Part shown: one piece after another, positions 31,962-41,219 of the stretch
How the letters are laid out: every line of letters begins with the position of its first letter
How positions within the stretch are numbered: the stretch's first letter is position 1
NCBI GenBank assembly: GCA_049840735.1
Contig: JASGJN010000022.1
Location: forward strand, 1-64,000
Length of the DNA stretch: 64,000 nt
Direction: 5' to 3'
Source: Anaeromyxobacter sp.
GTDB lineage: Bacteria; Myxococcota; Myxococcia; Myxococcales; Anaeromyxobacteraceae
Program-made: the position numbers and the translations under genes
The notes under the pieces: model-generated
What the model was told of the DNA's origin: nothing
What the model saw: the letters and a program-made list of their open reading frames with translations, nothing else
The model's database searches: none

Positions 31962-33836
31962 TCACGGCCGCGGCCCGGAGCTGCCGCCATTGCCCGCGTC
32001 GGGCTCGGGCTCGCCGCGCAGCGCGCGCATGATGCGCCCCACCTGCGCGGCCATCCGGACCTGCCCGTCCGGCAGCGGCTTGTCGTCCGGGTCGGTGACG
32101 CTGGTCGAGCCGATGCCCGCGTACATCATCACCTTGAGGTCCTTGCCGATCACCGCGTACTGCGGCTCCCAGCCGACCGTCGCCACCACGAAGCGGTCCG
32201 CGGGCGCCGTGAAGGCCACCCGCCCGTCGGAGTAGAGCGAGGGCGGGTGCGTGTCGCCCAGCAGCCCCAGCAGCGTGGGGGCGATGTCCACGTGGCTGGT
32301 GGGGGCGTCGTACACGCCCTTGGGCACACCCGGGCCGAAGATGGCCAGCGGCACGTGGATCTGCTCGTCGGTGACGGCCGAGCCGTGGGCGATGTGCCCC
32401 TTCTGCCGGAACTCCTCGCCGTGGTCGCCGGTGAAGATCACCAGCGGCTCGCGGCCGCCGCGCGCCGCCTGGAAGCCCTGCAGGAAGCCCTCGATGACGC
32501 GGTCCTCGGTGCGGCCGGCGTTGCGGGCGCGGTTCTTGATGATCCAGCCCGGCGCGGTGGTGGCCTTGATGCCGCCGGAGCCGTCCCAGTCCGGCGTGAA
32601 GGCCTTGTCCTGCGCCTCGTAGGGATACGGGAAGTGGGTCCCGACGAAGAAGAGGAAGACGAAGAGCGGCTGATCGGGCGGGGTCTGCCGCGCCAGCTCC
32701 TCGGCGCGCGCCACCATCAGGCGATCGCGGGTCAGGCCGTCCTGATCGCACCAGGTCTCGAGCGCGTCGGAGACGCCGCCGAAGACGGTTTCCTTGAGGT
32801 TCATCCAGTCCACGCAGGAGGCGGCCAGCGCGTGGACCGAGTAGCCGTTGGCGCGGAAGGCCGGGAAGACCACGGGCCGGCGGCCGGCGCCCACGGTGGC
32901 CTCCAGCTTCTGCGCCTGCAGGCCGTAGAAGAGGGAGAAGATCGCGAAGTGCGTGGCGCTGGCGGTGGAGTAGTGGCGCAGGAAGCGGGAGCCCTGCTCC
33001 GACCGGCGCCACAGGTTGGGGAAGGTCTTCTCGTCGAGGTGGTCGTGCGGGAGGCTCTCGGCCACCACGAAGAGCACGTCCGGCTTGCGCGTGAACTTCA
33101 CCTCGGCCGGATCGACGCCGGCCGGGAGCCGGTGCTCGTCGGCGCCGGCGAAGGTGTCGCGCGGCTCTCCGCCGAAGACCTTCCGCGCCAGCGTCTGGGC
33201 GCGGATGGGGGGCTGCAGCGGGAGGACGCCGCTGGCGGCGAAGAAGGCCGGGCCGCCGAAGTGCTCCAGCGCCTGCCCGTAGAGCCGCTCCGCCAGGGAC
33301 AGCGCCAGGATGGCCGTGGCCAGCACCCAGGTGCGGCGCGGGGAGGCGAAGCGGGTGAGGAAGCGCACGCCGGCCCAGACGTCCAGCGCCAGCACGCCAA
33401 GGATCAGCACCACGATGCCGCCCACCGTCCACCAGGACAGGGCCAGCTCGGAGAAGGCGGTGGGCTGGAACAGGATGCTGAAGAAGAAGCCGTTCAGGTG
33501 GAAGCCGAAGACCCGGTAGATCTGGCTGTCCACCACCAGCCCGGCGGCGAACAGCGCCACCACCAGCGGCGCGGCCACCCGGTAGACCCGGGGCCAGCGC
33601 GAGAGCGGCAGGGCCGGCAGCCAGCCGATGAAGCCGAGCAGCAGCGCCTGCGGCAGGAAGATGGGCCAGAGCGCGGCCCGGTAGCTCGGGTGCGCTGCCC
33701 CCACCGCGCTCACCACGGAGGTGGCGTAGAGCGCGACCAGGAACGGGACGTGGATCAGCGACCAGAGCAGCGCGGGGAAGCGGAGCCTGGGCTGGCGAGG
33801 GGTCCCGGGCACCCGGGTCTGCGATTCGGCCGGCAT
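31962..33836 (-). CDS. Membrane sulfatase-like protein (YejM/PbgA-like)
   Basis: About five TM helices, DSQIYRVFGFHLNGF, VLFVVAESL, FSLFYG, TGDHGEEF, TSHVDIAPT. Confidence 0.8.
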   Translation of the reverse strand: MPAESQTRVPGTPRQPRLRFPALLWSLIHVPFLVALYATSVVSAVGAAHPSYRAALWPIFLPQALLLGFIGWLPALPLSRWPRVYRVAAPLVVALFAAGLVVDSQIYRVFGFHLNGFFFSILFQPTAFSELALSWWTVGGIVVLILGVLALDVWAGVRFLTRFASPRRTWVLATAILALSLAERLYGQALEHFGGPAFFAASGVLPLQPPIRAQTLARKVFGGEPRDTFAGADEHRLPAGVDPAEVKFTRKPDVLFVVAESLPHDHLDEKTFPNLWRRSEQGSRFLRHYSTASATHFAIFSLFYGLQAQKLEATVGAGRRPVVFPAFRANGYSVHALAASCVDWMNLKETVFGGVSDALETWCDQDGLTRDRLMVARAEELARQTPPDQPLFVFLFFVGTHFPYPYEAQDKAFTPDWDGSGGIKATTAPGWIIKNRARNAGRTEDRVIEGFLQGFQAARGGREPLVIFTGDHGEEFRQKGHIAHGSAVTDEQIHVPLAIFGPGVPKGVYDAPTSHVDIAPTLLGLLGDTHPPSLYSDGRVAFTAPADRFVVATVGWEPQYAVIGKDLKVMMYAGIGSTSVTDPDDKPLPDGQVRMAAQVGRIMRALRGEPEPDAGNGGSSGPRP

Positions 33837-34068
33837 TGGGGGGCGGAACGTAGCATCGGCCCCCCGGGATCGCCATCCCACCCTGGTGCCAGGGTGGCCC
33901 GAGGTAGGCAGCGCCTGCGCTGATCGGGCCTGGTCGGCCGCCCGACCCGGCGGTTCGGCCGAACCCGCCGCCCAGCGCGCACTGGCTCCGCATCATCACG
34001 GCCCTTTTCCGACCGGCGGTCTTCGGCCCCGACCTTGCAACGTCCACCCGCGAGGAGAGACGCACCGC

Positions 34069-34296
34069 ATGCCTTCCTGCCCGGAGCTCGAGCGCTGTGT
34101 CCTGCACCGGAGCATCGGCATGCAGGCCGCGCTGCGCGTCTGGCAGAGCTTCTACTGCGAGGGCTGCTACTCGCGCTGCGAGCGATACAAGCTGGCCAGC
34201 GCCAACCTGGCCGTGCCGGTGCGGCTGCTCCCCAACGGCCGGCTGCTGGATGGCCCCGAGGCCAAGCTGGTGCCACCCGAGGTCAAGGTGGCCTAG
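34069..34296 (+). CDS. Small Cys-rich hypothetical protein
   Basis: RBS GAGGAG; CPELERC...YCEGCYSRCERY...LLPNG. Confidence 0.65.
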   Translation: MPSCPELERCVLHRSIGMQAALRVWQSFYCEGCYSRCERYKLASANLAVPVRLLPNGRLLDGPEAKLVPPEVKVA

Positions 34297-34539
34297 GGCT
34301 TGGGCTCCGGGCCGGCCCTTTCCTTCTCCTTCTCCTCCTGCTCGCGCTTGCGCCGCAGCCGCGCGCGCTCCAGCCAGCCCAGCGCCGCGGCCAGGAAGAT
34401 GAAGCTGGAGATTCTGCTGCCCGGTTCCCGGGTCGAGCTTCAGCCCGAAGACCATGGGGACGAGCCCCATCAGCATCAGGGCCACGCCGCAGCCCAGCAC
34501 GAAGATGAGCAGGTGCTTCTCGGTCAGCTGGAGCTTCAC
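34293..34539 (-). CDS. Small two-TM membrane protein (one frameshift)
   Basis: VKLQLTEKHLLIFVLGCGVALMLMG then RISSFIFLAAALGWLERARLRRKREQEEKE in a shifted frame. Confidence 0.45.
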
Positions 34540-34864
34540 GTGGCCTCGCGCGCGTGAGGGGACCGCGGCAGTGTAGCGCGGGCGGGGGTCGGGGGAGGGG
34601 GCGGTGGGGGAGGCGGCCAGGAATAACCGACCCGGGGCGGAACGGCCGCGTGGAGGGCGACAGCGCGCTCCGCCCCGGATCTCCTGGCGTCGCGGGCCCG
34701 CTCTCTCCTTCGGGCCGGTGCGACGAGGCAGCCTGGTTCTCCCACGCTGGGCTTCCCAGACTGTTCGCCCTGTGTGACGGAAGGTTCGCCGGCCAGGTTC
34801 CTTCCGGAACAAACCGCAACCGGCGCGCCATCCGCGCGCGAAGCGCGCAGGGCAGGGTGGCCCC

Positions 34865-35741
34865 ATGTCCATCCCACGCACGCCCGCGCTCCTCTGTGCA
34901 GGCGCCCTCGCGCTGACGCCGCTCGCCGCCCGCGCCAGCAGCCTCACCGTCGATGACGCGCTCTACTCGCAGGCCGACTGCCTGGACGCCGGCGACCAGG
35001 AGCTCACCTTCAGCTGGGATCTCTCCGACGCCTCCGGCTCCTCGATCGAGATCCTCGGCTCGGACACCTCCGGCTGCACCGAGGACGACGACGAGGTCAC
35101 CACGCTGCTGGTGGACGGGATCTCCACCTCGCAGACCTCCTACCCCGCGAGCGGCGACTCGGCCCTGACGCTGAACGACCTGCTCGACGCGGCCGGCGCC
35201 TCGGCCAGCTGCGAGGGGACCGACTACCGCGTCTACCTCTGCGTGCGGCTGCTCGATTCGTCCGGCAGCGAGGTCGCCACCGCCACCGCGTCCGTCAAGC
35301 TGCAGCTGCAGCACCCGCCGCCGCCGGAGGACGTCACGGTCCAGCCCGGGGAGCACGCGCTGCACGTCTCCTGGTCGGCTGGCACCGCGGTGAGCGGCGC
35401 GCGCGCCTCCTCGGAGAGCTACCAGGTGACCTGCACCGCCGGCGACCAGGTGGTGACCTCGGCCGAGACCACCGCCACCTCGATCCGCGTGGGCGGCCTG
35501 CAGAACGGCACCACCTACGACGTGCTGGTCTACGCGCTCAGCGAGGCCGGCAACTACAGCGATCCCCTCCGAGCTGAACGCCGGCACCCCGCAGCCGGTG
35601 AGCGACTTCTGGGAGACCTACCAGTCCGAGGGCGGCCGCGAGCAGGGCGGCTGCAGCTCGGCCGGCGGCGCCGGCGCGCTTGCGGCGCTCGTGGGCGTGG
35701 CGCTCGCGGTGCGCCCGTGGCGGCGCGGGAGGCGGGCGTGA
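34865..35741 (+). CDS. Fibronectin type III surface protein with MYXO-CTERM-type anchor (MXAN_2561-like); one frameshift near 35565
   Basis: Signal peptide, FN3 (LHVSW...GLQNGTTYDVLVYALSEAGN); shifted frame gives DFWETYQSEGGREQGGCSS - TM - RRGRR. Confidence 0.75.
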
Positions 35742-36754
35742 GCGGCGCGACGACCGCAGGTGCTGGTCGGGCCAGGCGGACCAGCGGCGCCCTTCGACTC
35801 CGCCGCAGCTTCGCTGCGGCTACGCTCAGGGCGAACGGTCTTTCCACCATCGGTCCGGCCGATGCCAGGACCGACGGTCCGTCCAGCACCGCACGGGCGA
35901 ATGCCAGGACCGACGGTCATCTCGGCCCCGTTCGGGCTGAGCGTAGCGAGCCCGTAGGGCTCGCGGAGTCGAAGCCCAGGCTTGGAACGGCGTCGTGGCG
36001 GCTGAATGTCGCCGTGACGTGCTGCAGCCTGGCGCTGCTCCTGGCCGCGCCCGCGGCGCGCGCGGACGACCTGGGCTGGCCGGAGCTTGGGAGACCGGGC
36101 AGCAGCTCGGACAACGGCTCGGGCGACAGCAAGGGCACCTTCGGCCTCTGGATGCAGTCCTACCGGCCCGGCATCGACGAGGAGTTCGGCGGCGACGGCG
36201 CCTACGGCGCCATCTTCGGCGACTCGCGCGGCTGGATGTTCCGCGGCGCGGCCGCGCGGACCGTCTTCGATCGCTGGGGCGCGGTGGACGTGGGCCTGGG
36301 CGCGGGCTGGTTCCAGACCACCGGCCATGGGCTCACCCAGGACGCCTCCACCGGCGAGTGGGTGGAGAGCGCCGACCAGACCCGCCTGCGGGTGGTGCCG
36401 CTCACCGCCTTCCTGGCCTACCGGCTCGACGTGGTGCACCGGCGGGCCGGCTGGCCCTTCGAGCCGTACGCGCGGGTGGCGCTGGAGCGTTACCTCTGGT
36501 GGACCGACGCCGAGGGCGGCTCCAGCCACAGCGGCGCCACCGACGGCTGGTCCTTCACGCTGGGCACGGCCATCCTGCTGGACGGCCTGGACCGCGACGG
36601 CCAGCGCGCGCTGGCAAGGGAGGTCGGCCTGCAGCACACCGCCCTCACCATCGAGGTCGGGCGCGCCTTCGTGAACGACTTCGGCTCATCCAGGAGCTGG
36701 ACGCTCTCGGATCCGGGCTGGAGCGTGGGCATCGGGCTGCAGCTCGGGTTCTAG
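35738..36754 (+). CDS. Outer-membrane beta-barrel protein (MXAN_2562-like); start uncertain, 5' region contains an in-frame REP pair
   Basis: GTGA overlap with the upstream stop; LALLLAAPAARA signal h-region; YRPGIDEEF, VPLT, PFEPY, DFGS; terminal F. Confidence 0.7.
   Translation: MSGATTAGAGRARRTSGALRLRRSFAAATLRANGLSTIGPADARTDGPSSTARANARTDGHLGPVRAERSEPVGLAESKPRLGTASWRLNVAVTCCSLALLLAAPAARADDLGWPELGRPGSSSDNGSGDSKGTFGLWMQSYRPGIDEEFGGDGAYGAIFGDSRGWMFRGAAARTVFDRWGAVDVGLGAGWFQTTGHGLTQDASTGEWVESADQTRLRVVPLTAFLAYRLDVVHRRAGWPFEPYARVALERYLWWTDAEGGSSHSGATDGWSFTLGTAILLDGLDRDGQRALAREVGLQHTALTIEVGRAFVNDFGSSRSWTLSDPGWSVGIGLQLGF
35790..35975. repeat. Inverted REP pair with internal direct repeat atgccaggaccgacggtc
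   Basis: Forward unit ~35790-35838, reverse unit ~35928-35975. Confidence 0.85.
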
Positions 36755-36978
36755 GGGCCGCGGATCCGCGCCAGCACCGCGCGCCCGGTGGAGCTGAGCC
36801 CTTCCGGATCCAGCGCGGCCTCCAGCCGCCGGCTGAGCCGCGCGACGTCGAAGGCCTCGCGCCGGCCGGCCTCGTCCAGATCGTGCCAGGCCGGGTGGGA
36901 CCCGACGCCGCCGCCGGGGCGGCGCGGGCGCCAGGCCGAGGCGGCCTTCTCCACCAGCAGCGCGCGGTCGTCGCTCAT
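36751..36978 (-). CDS. 75-aa hypothetical protein coupled to the ECF sigma gene
   Basis: ATGA overlap with the sigma stop; HPAWHDLD..LEAALDPEGLSST. Confidence 0.7.
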   Translation of the reverse strand: MSDDRALLVEKAASAWRPRRPGGGVGSHPAWHDLDEAGRREAFDVARLSRRLEAALDPEGLSSTGRAVLARIRGP

Positions 36979-37529
36979 GGCGCGGCCTCCAGCTCCACGC
37001 CCTTCGTCCCCAGGCAGCGGGCCAGGAGCTTCCGGGCGCGGGTCACGTTCTGCAGGAAGGTGTTGAGCGACATCCGGACCTGGCCCGCCAGCGCGCCGTC
37101 CTCGCGCCCGCCCTGCGCCTGCAGCCGGGCCAGGAAGGCCTTGCGCGGCTGCGGGGGGAGCTGCTCCAGGCAGAGCCGGACCAGCCGCCGGAGCAGCGGG
37201 TCCGGCTCGGGCGGCTCGACCGCCGGCTCGGGCGGCTCACCGTCGCCGGCGTCCGCCGGCCCTGGCCGGCGCAGCTCGCTCAGGGCCAGGTTGCGGGCGA
37301 TGGTGTGGGCCAGCCGGAGCAGCGCGTTGGGCCGTCCGTCGGGCGTGCAGCGCCCGGCCACCTGCCAGACCCGCAGCAGCGCCTCCTGCAGCACCTGCTC
37401 GGTGTCCACGGCGCCGGCGAAGCGCCGGAGCGCGTCGCGCAGCGCCGGCTCGGCGCCGGCGACCCAGGCCGCGAAGGCGTCCGGGTCACCGGCGGCGATC
37501 TGCGCGAGGTGGCGGTCGAGGTCGAGCAC
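36975..37529 (-). CDS. ECF-type sigma-70 factor
   Basis: GDPDAFA, EQVLQEALLRVW (region 2), CLEQLP and TRARKLL (region 4). Confidence 0.75.
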   Translation of the reverse strand: MLDLDRHLAQIAAGDPDAFAAWVAGAEPALRDALRRFAGAVDTEQVLQEALLRVWQVAGRCTPDGRPNALLRLAHTIARNLALSELRRPGPADAGDGEPPEPAVEPPEPDPLLRRLVRLCLEQLPPQPRKAFLARLQAQGGREDGALAGQVRMSLNTFLQNVTRARKLLARCLGTKGVELEAAP

Positions 37530-37539
37530 GGGGCTGAGG

Positions 37540-39909
37540 TTACCGCGGCTGCGCCACGGTCAGGCGCAGCCCGTCGTCCAGCACCACCTCGACCAGCGCC
37601 TCGCCCAGCGGGCCGCGGTCGTGCGTGAGCGCCAGGCGGAGCGTCACGCCGGCGGCCAGCTCGCCCCTGGCCGTGGTGCGGGCCGGGTCCACCCGGGCGG
37701 TGAGCCGCGTGCCGTCGCGCAGCACCAGCACCACCTCCTCCGGCCGCTCCCAGTCGAGCGGCGCGTCGAGGTCGAGCTCCAGCACCAGCTTGCCATCCCG
37801 GTCGAGGGTGACGCGGGCGTGGCGGGGGCCGGGCTCCGCCTGGCCCTCCTCCTCGAGCTCGATCTCCCGGCGCACCTCATCCGGCGGACGTGCGTCCGCC
37901 GCGGCCGTGCGCCGCTCCACGCGCTTGGCCTTCGCCGGCGAGGGCGCCGGCGGGCCTCCGGCCACGGGCCCCTGGTACAGGGTGATCGTCGCGACGGCCG
38001 GCGCCGCCTGCACCCCGAGGTCGTGCGCCATCATCGGCGCCTTCTCGCAGAGGATCAGCGGCGGGCCCCCGCTCGCCGCCCGCAGCCCCAGCCCCTCCAC
38101 CGACATCCCGTGCGGCAGCTGCTGCGGCTGGCGCACGCGGCGGGTGGGCGCGGTCGGATCGACCGTCGCCTCCTCCGTCACCGCGATCCAGGAGGTGAGC
38201 CGGGTGGAGAGCTGGTGCGCCAGCCCCAGCCGCTCCACCGCCGCGTCGATCTCCGCCTGGCCCTGCCCGGCCGCCAGCGCGACTTCCAGATCTTCCACCG
38301 CCTCGCGCCCGAACAGCGCCGCCAGCGCCGGTTGGCCGGTCCCACCCGCCACCGGCGGGACGTGCAGCACGCGCTCGAAGGCGCCGCCGGGCAGCCGGCC
38401 GGTGACGCGCAGCGTGCCGCCTTCCGGCCGCAGCCGGACCGGCAGCAGCGCCGGGGCGCCGCCGAACAGGTCCGGCAGCCGGGCCGGCGCATGCTCCACC
38501 ACCGCGTCACCGACCACCGCGAGCCCGGTCAGCAGCGGCGCCGCGGTGCGCGAGACGAGCAGGTGGATGGCCCGCTCCACGTCCTCGCCCAGCCCCACGA
38601 TCGACTCCGTGCCGCGCCCGGCGCGGGCGGCGGGGCCGAGCAGCGAGCGGTTGACCGACGAGCCCACGCCCAGCGTGTGCAGCCGCGAGCCGGCCGGCAG
38701 GTGCGCCGAGAGCTCGGCCACGATCTCCTGCTCGAAGCCGATGTGACCGTCGGTGACCAGCACGAGCTGCCGCTGCGCGTCCGGCCGGAGGCCGGCCAGC
38801 GCCTCGCGCAACGCCTCGTGCATCTCGGTCGAGCCGCTGGCCCGCAGCTTCGCCAGCCAGGCCAGCGCCGACTTGCGCTCCGCGGCCGAGGCGCTGACCG
38901 GCTTGCGCCGCCAGCGGCGGGGCGCGTCGGAGAACTCGATCAGCTCCAGCGTGTCGGCCGCTTCCAGCGTCTCCACCAGCGCCGAGACCACCCGCACTGC
39001 CTGCGCCAGCGGCTCACCGCTCATGGAGCCGCTGGTGTCGAGCAGCACCACCAGGTCACGGCCGAAGCGGGCCTTCGCCGCGCCCCGGGCCGGGGGGACC
39101 AGCGTGAGCAGGCCGAACGCGTCGGCGGCCAGCGGCCCCGCGGCTGCGCGGAAGGTGTCGAGCGAGAGCCCCACCTCTGGCGCGGCCACCGGCCAGCGGA
39201 CCACCAGGTCACGGTCGAGCGGCGCCGGCCCGTCGGCCAGCGTCACCTCCAGCGCGCCGGCAGCGCTCCGGGTCTGCAGCGGGTGCGAGGGGGACTCCGG
39301 CGCCCCGTCCGCCGCCACCGCGTCCTCGATGTGCAGCGACAGCGCCAGCCGGACCGGCAGCGGGCCGTCGGCCACGTCCACCGTCACCCGGGCCGCGTCG
39401 GTCACCCGCCCGGCCTGGCCCTGGTGACGGGGCGCCAGCGCCGACGGGAAGCGCCACTCCCAGCTCCCGTCCGGGCGCCAGGAGAGCCGCTGGTCCACCG
39501 TCAGCTCCGCCACCACCTCGGCGCCGGGCGGCACGTTGCCCAGCGACTGGGTGAAGACGCTGCCGCGCTCCTGGTCCAGCAGCGCGGCGGTGCGGCCGGA
39601 GGCGAGGGCCTCCTCGAACCGCTCGCGGGCCGCGGCGCGGCGGTCGACCTCGCCCACCACCCGCCGGTCACCAATGGTGAACGCGAACCCGCTCACCGCC
39701 CCGTCGTGCGGCAGCGGGAACAGGTACTGGACCTGGAGCGGCTCGGGGAACGGGTTGTGGAAGCGCTGCGCGAGCACCGTCCGCGCCAGCCCGCCCTTCG
39801 CGCTGCTGGTGAGCGTGACCCCGCGGAGCGGCAGCGCCCGCCCGTCCGCCGTCACCAGCCGCCCGCCGCTGCTCGCCGTGTCCATCCGCATCGCCCTGGC
39901 TGTCATCAT
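37540..39909 (-). CDS. Cytoplasmic VIT + vWA domain protein
   Basis: RBS GGAGG; VIT (QRFHNP...YLFPLP...GAVSGF); MIDAS LLDTSGSM...T...VTDG; no signal peptide. Confidence 0.9.
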   Translation of the reverse strand: MMTARAMRMDTASSGGRLVTADGRALPLRGVTLTSSAKGGLARTVLAQRFHNPFPEPLQVQYLFPLPHDGAVSGFAFTIGDRRVVGEVDRRAAARERFEEALASGRTAALLDQERGSVFTQSLGNVPPGAEVVAELTVDQRLSWRPDGSWEWRFPSALAPRHQGQAGRVTDAARVTVDVADGPLPVRLALSLHIEDAVAADGAPESPSHPLQTRSAAGALEVTLADGPAPLDRDLVVRWPVAAPEVGLSLDTFRAAAGPLAADAFGLLTLVPPARGAAKARFGRDLVVLLDTSGSMSGEPLAQAVRVVSALVETLEAADTLELIEFSDAPRRWRRKPVSASAAERKSALAWLAKLRASGSTEMHEALREALAGLRPDAQRQLVLVTDGHIGFEQEIVAELSAHLPAGSRLHTLGVGSSVNRSLLGPAARAGRGTESIVGLGEDVERAIHLLVSRTAAPLLTGLAVVGDAVVEHAPARLPDLFGGAPALLPVRLRPEGGTLRVTGRLPGGAFERVLHVPPVAGGTGQPALAALFGREAVEDLEVALAAGQGQAEIDAAVERLGLAHQLSTRLTSWIAVTEEATVDPTAPTRRVRQPQQLPHGMSVEGLGLRAASGGPPLILCEKAPMMAHDLGVQAAPAVATITLYQGPVAGGPPAPSPAKAKRVERRTAAADARPPDEVRREIELEEEGQAEPGPRHARVTLDRDGKLVLELDLDAPLDWERPEEVVLVLRDGTRLTARVDPARTTARGELAAGVTLRLALTHDRGPLGEALVEVVLDDGLRLTVAQPR

Positions 39910-39946
39910 AGGTCGCCTCCCGTGGTGGTCGTACCGCTCGAACGGA

Positions 39947-39974
39947 CAACGCGACGGGGCCGGCGCCGGTGACA
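39947..39974 (-). promoter_or_regulatory. Putative ECF sigma promoter TGTCACC-N16-CGTTG
   Basis: -35/-10 arrangement with 16-bp spacer ~38 bp upstream of the VIT-vWA/ECF operon. Confidence 0.5.
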
Positions 39975-40026
39975 GCGCCCGCGTCGATTCCTTGCAAGCG
40001 CCCGGAACGCGGGCGACATTCCTGCC

Positions 40027-40990
40027 ATGCCGCGCCTCTCCGCCGCCGGTCTGTCCCTGCTCCTCCTCGCCGCCTGCAAGGTGGCCCCGACCCCGCCGCG
40101 CGCGCCGGCGCTGGCCGCCTGCTCCACCGTGCGCGTGGACCCTGCGGCGCTGGAGGCCGACGTGCGGACGCTCTCGCTGGGCTACCTGCCGCGCGACTTC
40201 GAGCACCCGGAGAACCTGGACCGCGCCGCGGCGTGGCTGCAGGAGCGGCTGCGGGCGGCCGGGGTGAGGGACGTCTCGGAGCAGCCGTTCCAGGTGGAAG
40301 GCCGGACCTACCGGAACGTGATCGCGCGGCTGGGCCCGGACACGCCGGAGCGGATCGTAGTCGGCGCCCACTACGACGCGGCGGGCGAGCTGCCCGGCGC
40401 CGACGACAACGCCAGCGGCGTGGCCGGGGTGCTGGCGCTGGCGCAGGCGCTGGCGGCCCACCCGCCGCCGCTGCGGGTGGAGCTGGCCCTCTACACGCTG
40501 GAGGAGCCGCCCGCCTTCGCCACCTCGATGATCGGGCTCGGTGACGCACGCGCGCTCGCTCCGCGAGGCCGACGCGCAGGTCCGGCTGATGATCTCGGTG
40601 GAGATGATCGGCACCTTCGACGACGCCCACGGCAGCCAGACCTTCCCGGTGGCCACCAAGACGCTCATCTACCCCGACACCGGGAACTTCATCGCCGTGG
40701 TCGGGCGCGACGCCGGGCTGGTGGCCCAGGTGGCGGGCGGGATGAAGGCGGCCTCCGGGGTGCCGGTGGAGACGCTCTCCGCCCCGGCCGGCGTGCCCGG
40801 CACCGACCTCTCGGATCACCGCAGCTTCTGGGCGGTGGGCTACCCGGCGGTGATGGTCACCGACACCGCGTTCTACCGGAACCCGCGCTACCACACCTCG
40901 CGCGACCGCCCGGAGCGGCTCGACTACAGGCGCATGGCCGAGGTGGTGGAGGGGATCGCCTGCGCGGTGCAGGCGGTGGCGGGGCGGTGA
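40027..40990 (+). CDS. M28 family peptidase lipoprotein (frameshift near 40545)
   Basis: Lipobox LAAC, VGAHYD, GADDNASG, LEEPP, SVEMIG, SDHRSF, YHT. Confidence 0.88.
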
Positions 40991-41030
40991 GGGGCCCGGA
41001 CCGCGTTCTGGGAGGGCTCGCGGTCCCTGG

Positions 41031-41211
41031 CCTTCGACTCCGCCGCCGCGAGGCGGCGGCTACGCTCAGGCCGAACGGTGGGTGTGACCAGCGGGGCAGA
41101 AGCGGGACCCACGCCGCCGCTTGACCGACAAGACGGCATCTCAGGGCGAACGGACTATCGAGGCCGTTCGGGCTGAGCGTAGCGAGCCCGCAGGGCTCGC
41201 GAAGTCGAAGC
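41031..41211. repeat. Inverted REP pair between convergent genes
   Basis: Forward 41031-41078, partial 41140, reverse 41164-41211. Confidence 0.85.
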
Positions 41212-41219
41212 CCAGGTGC

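Noticed and set aside
30993..41211. Recurrent palindromic repeats as a CRISPR array
   Set aside because: Dispersed, in both orientations, with no regular spacers and no cas genes; they fit REP elements
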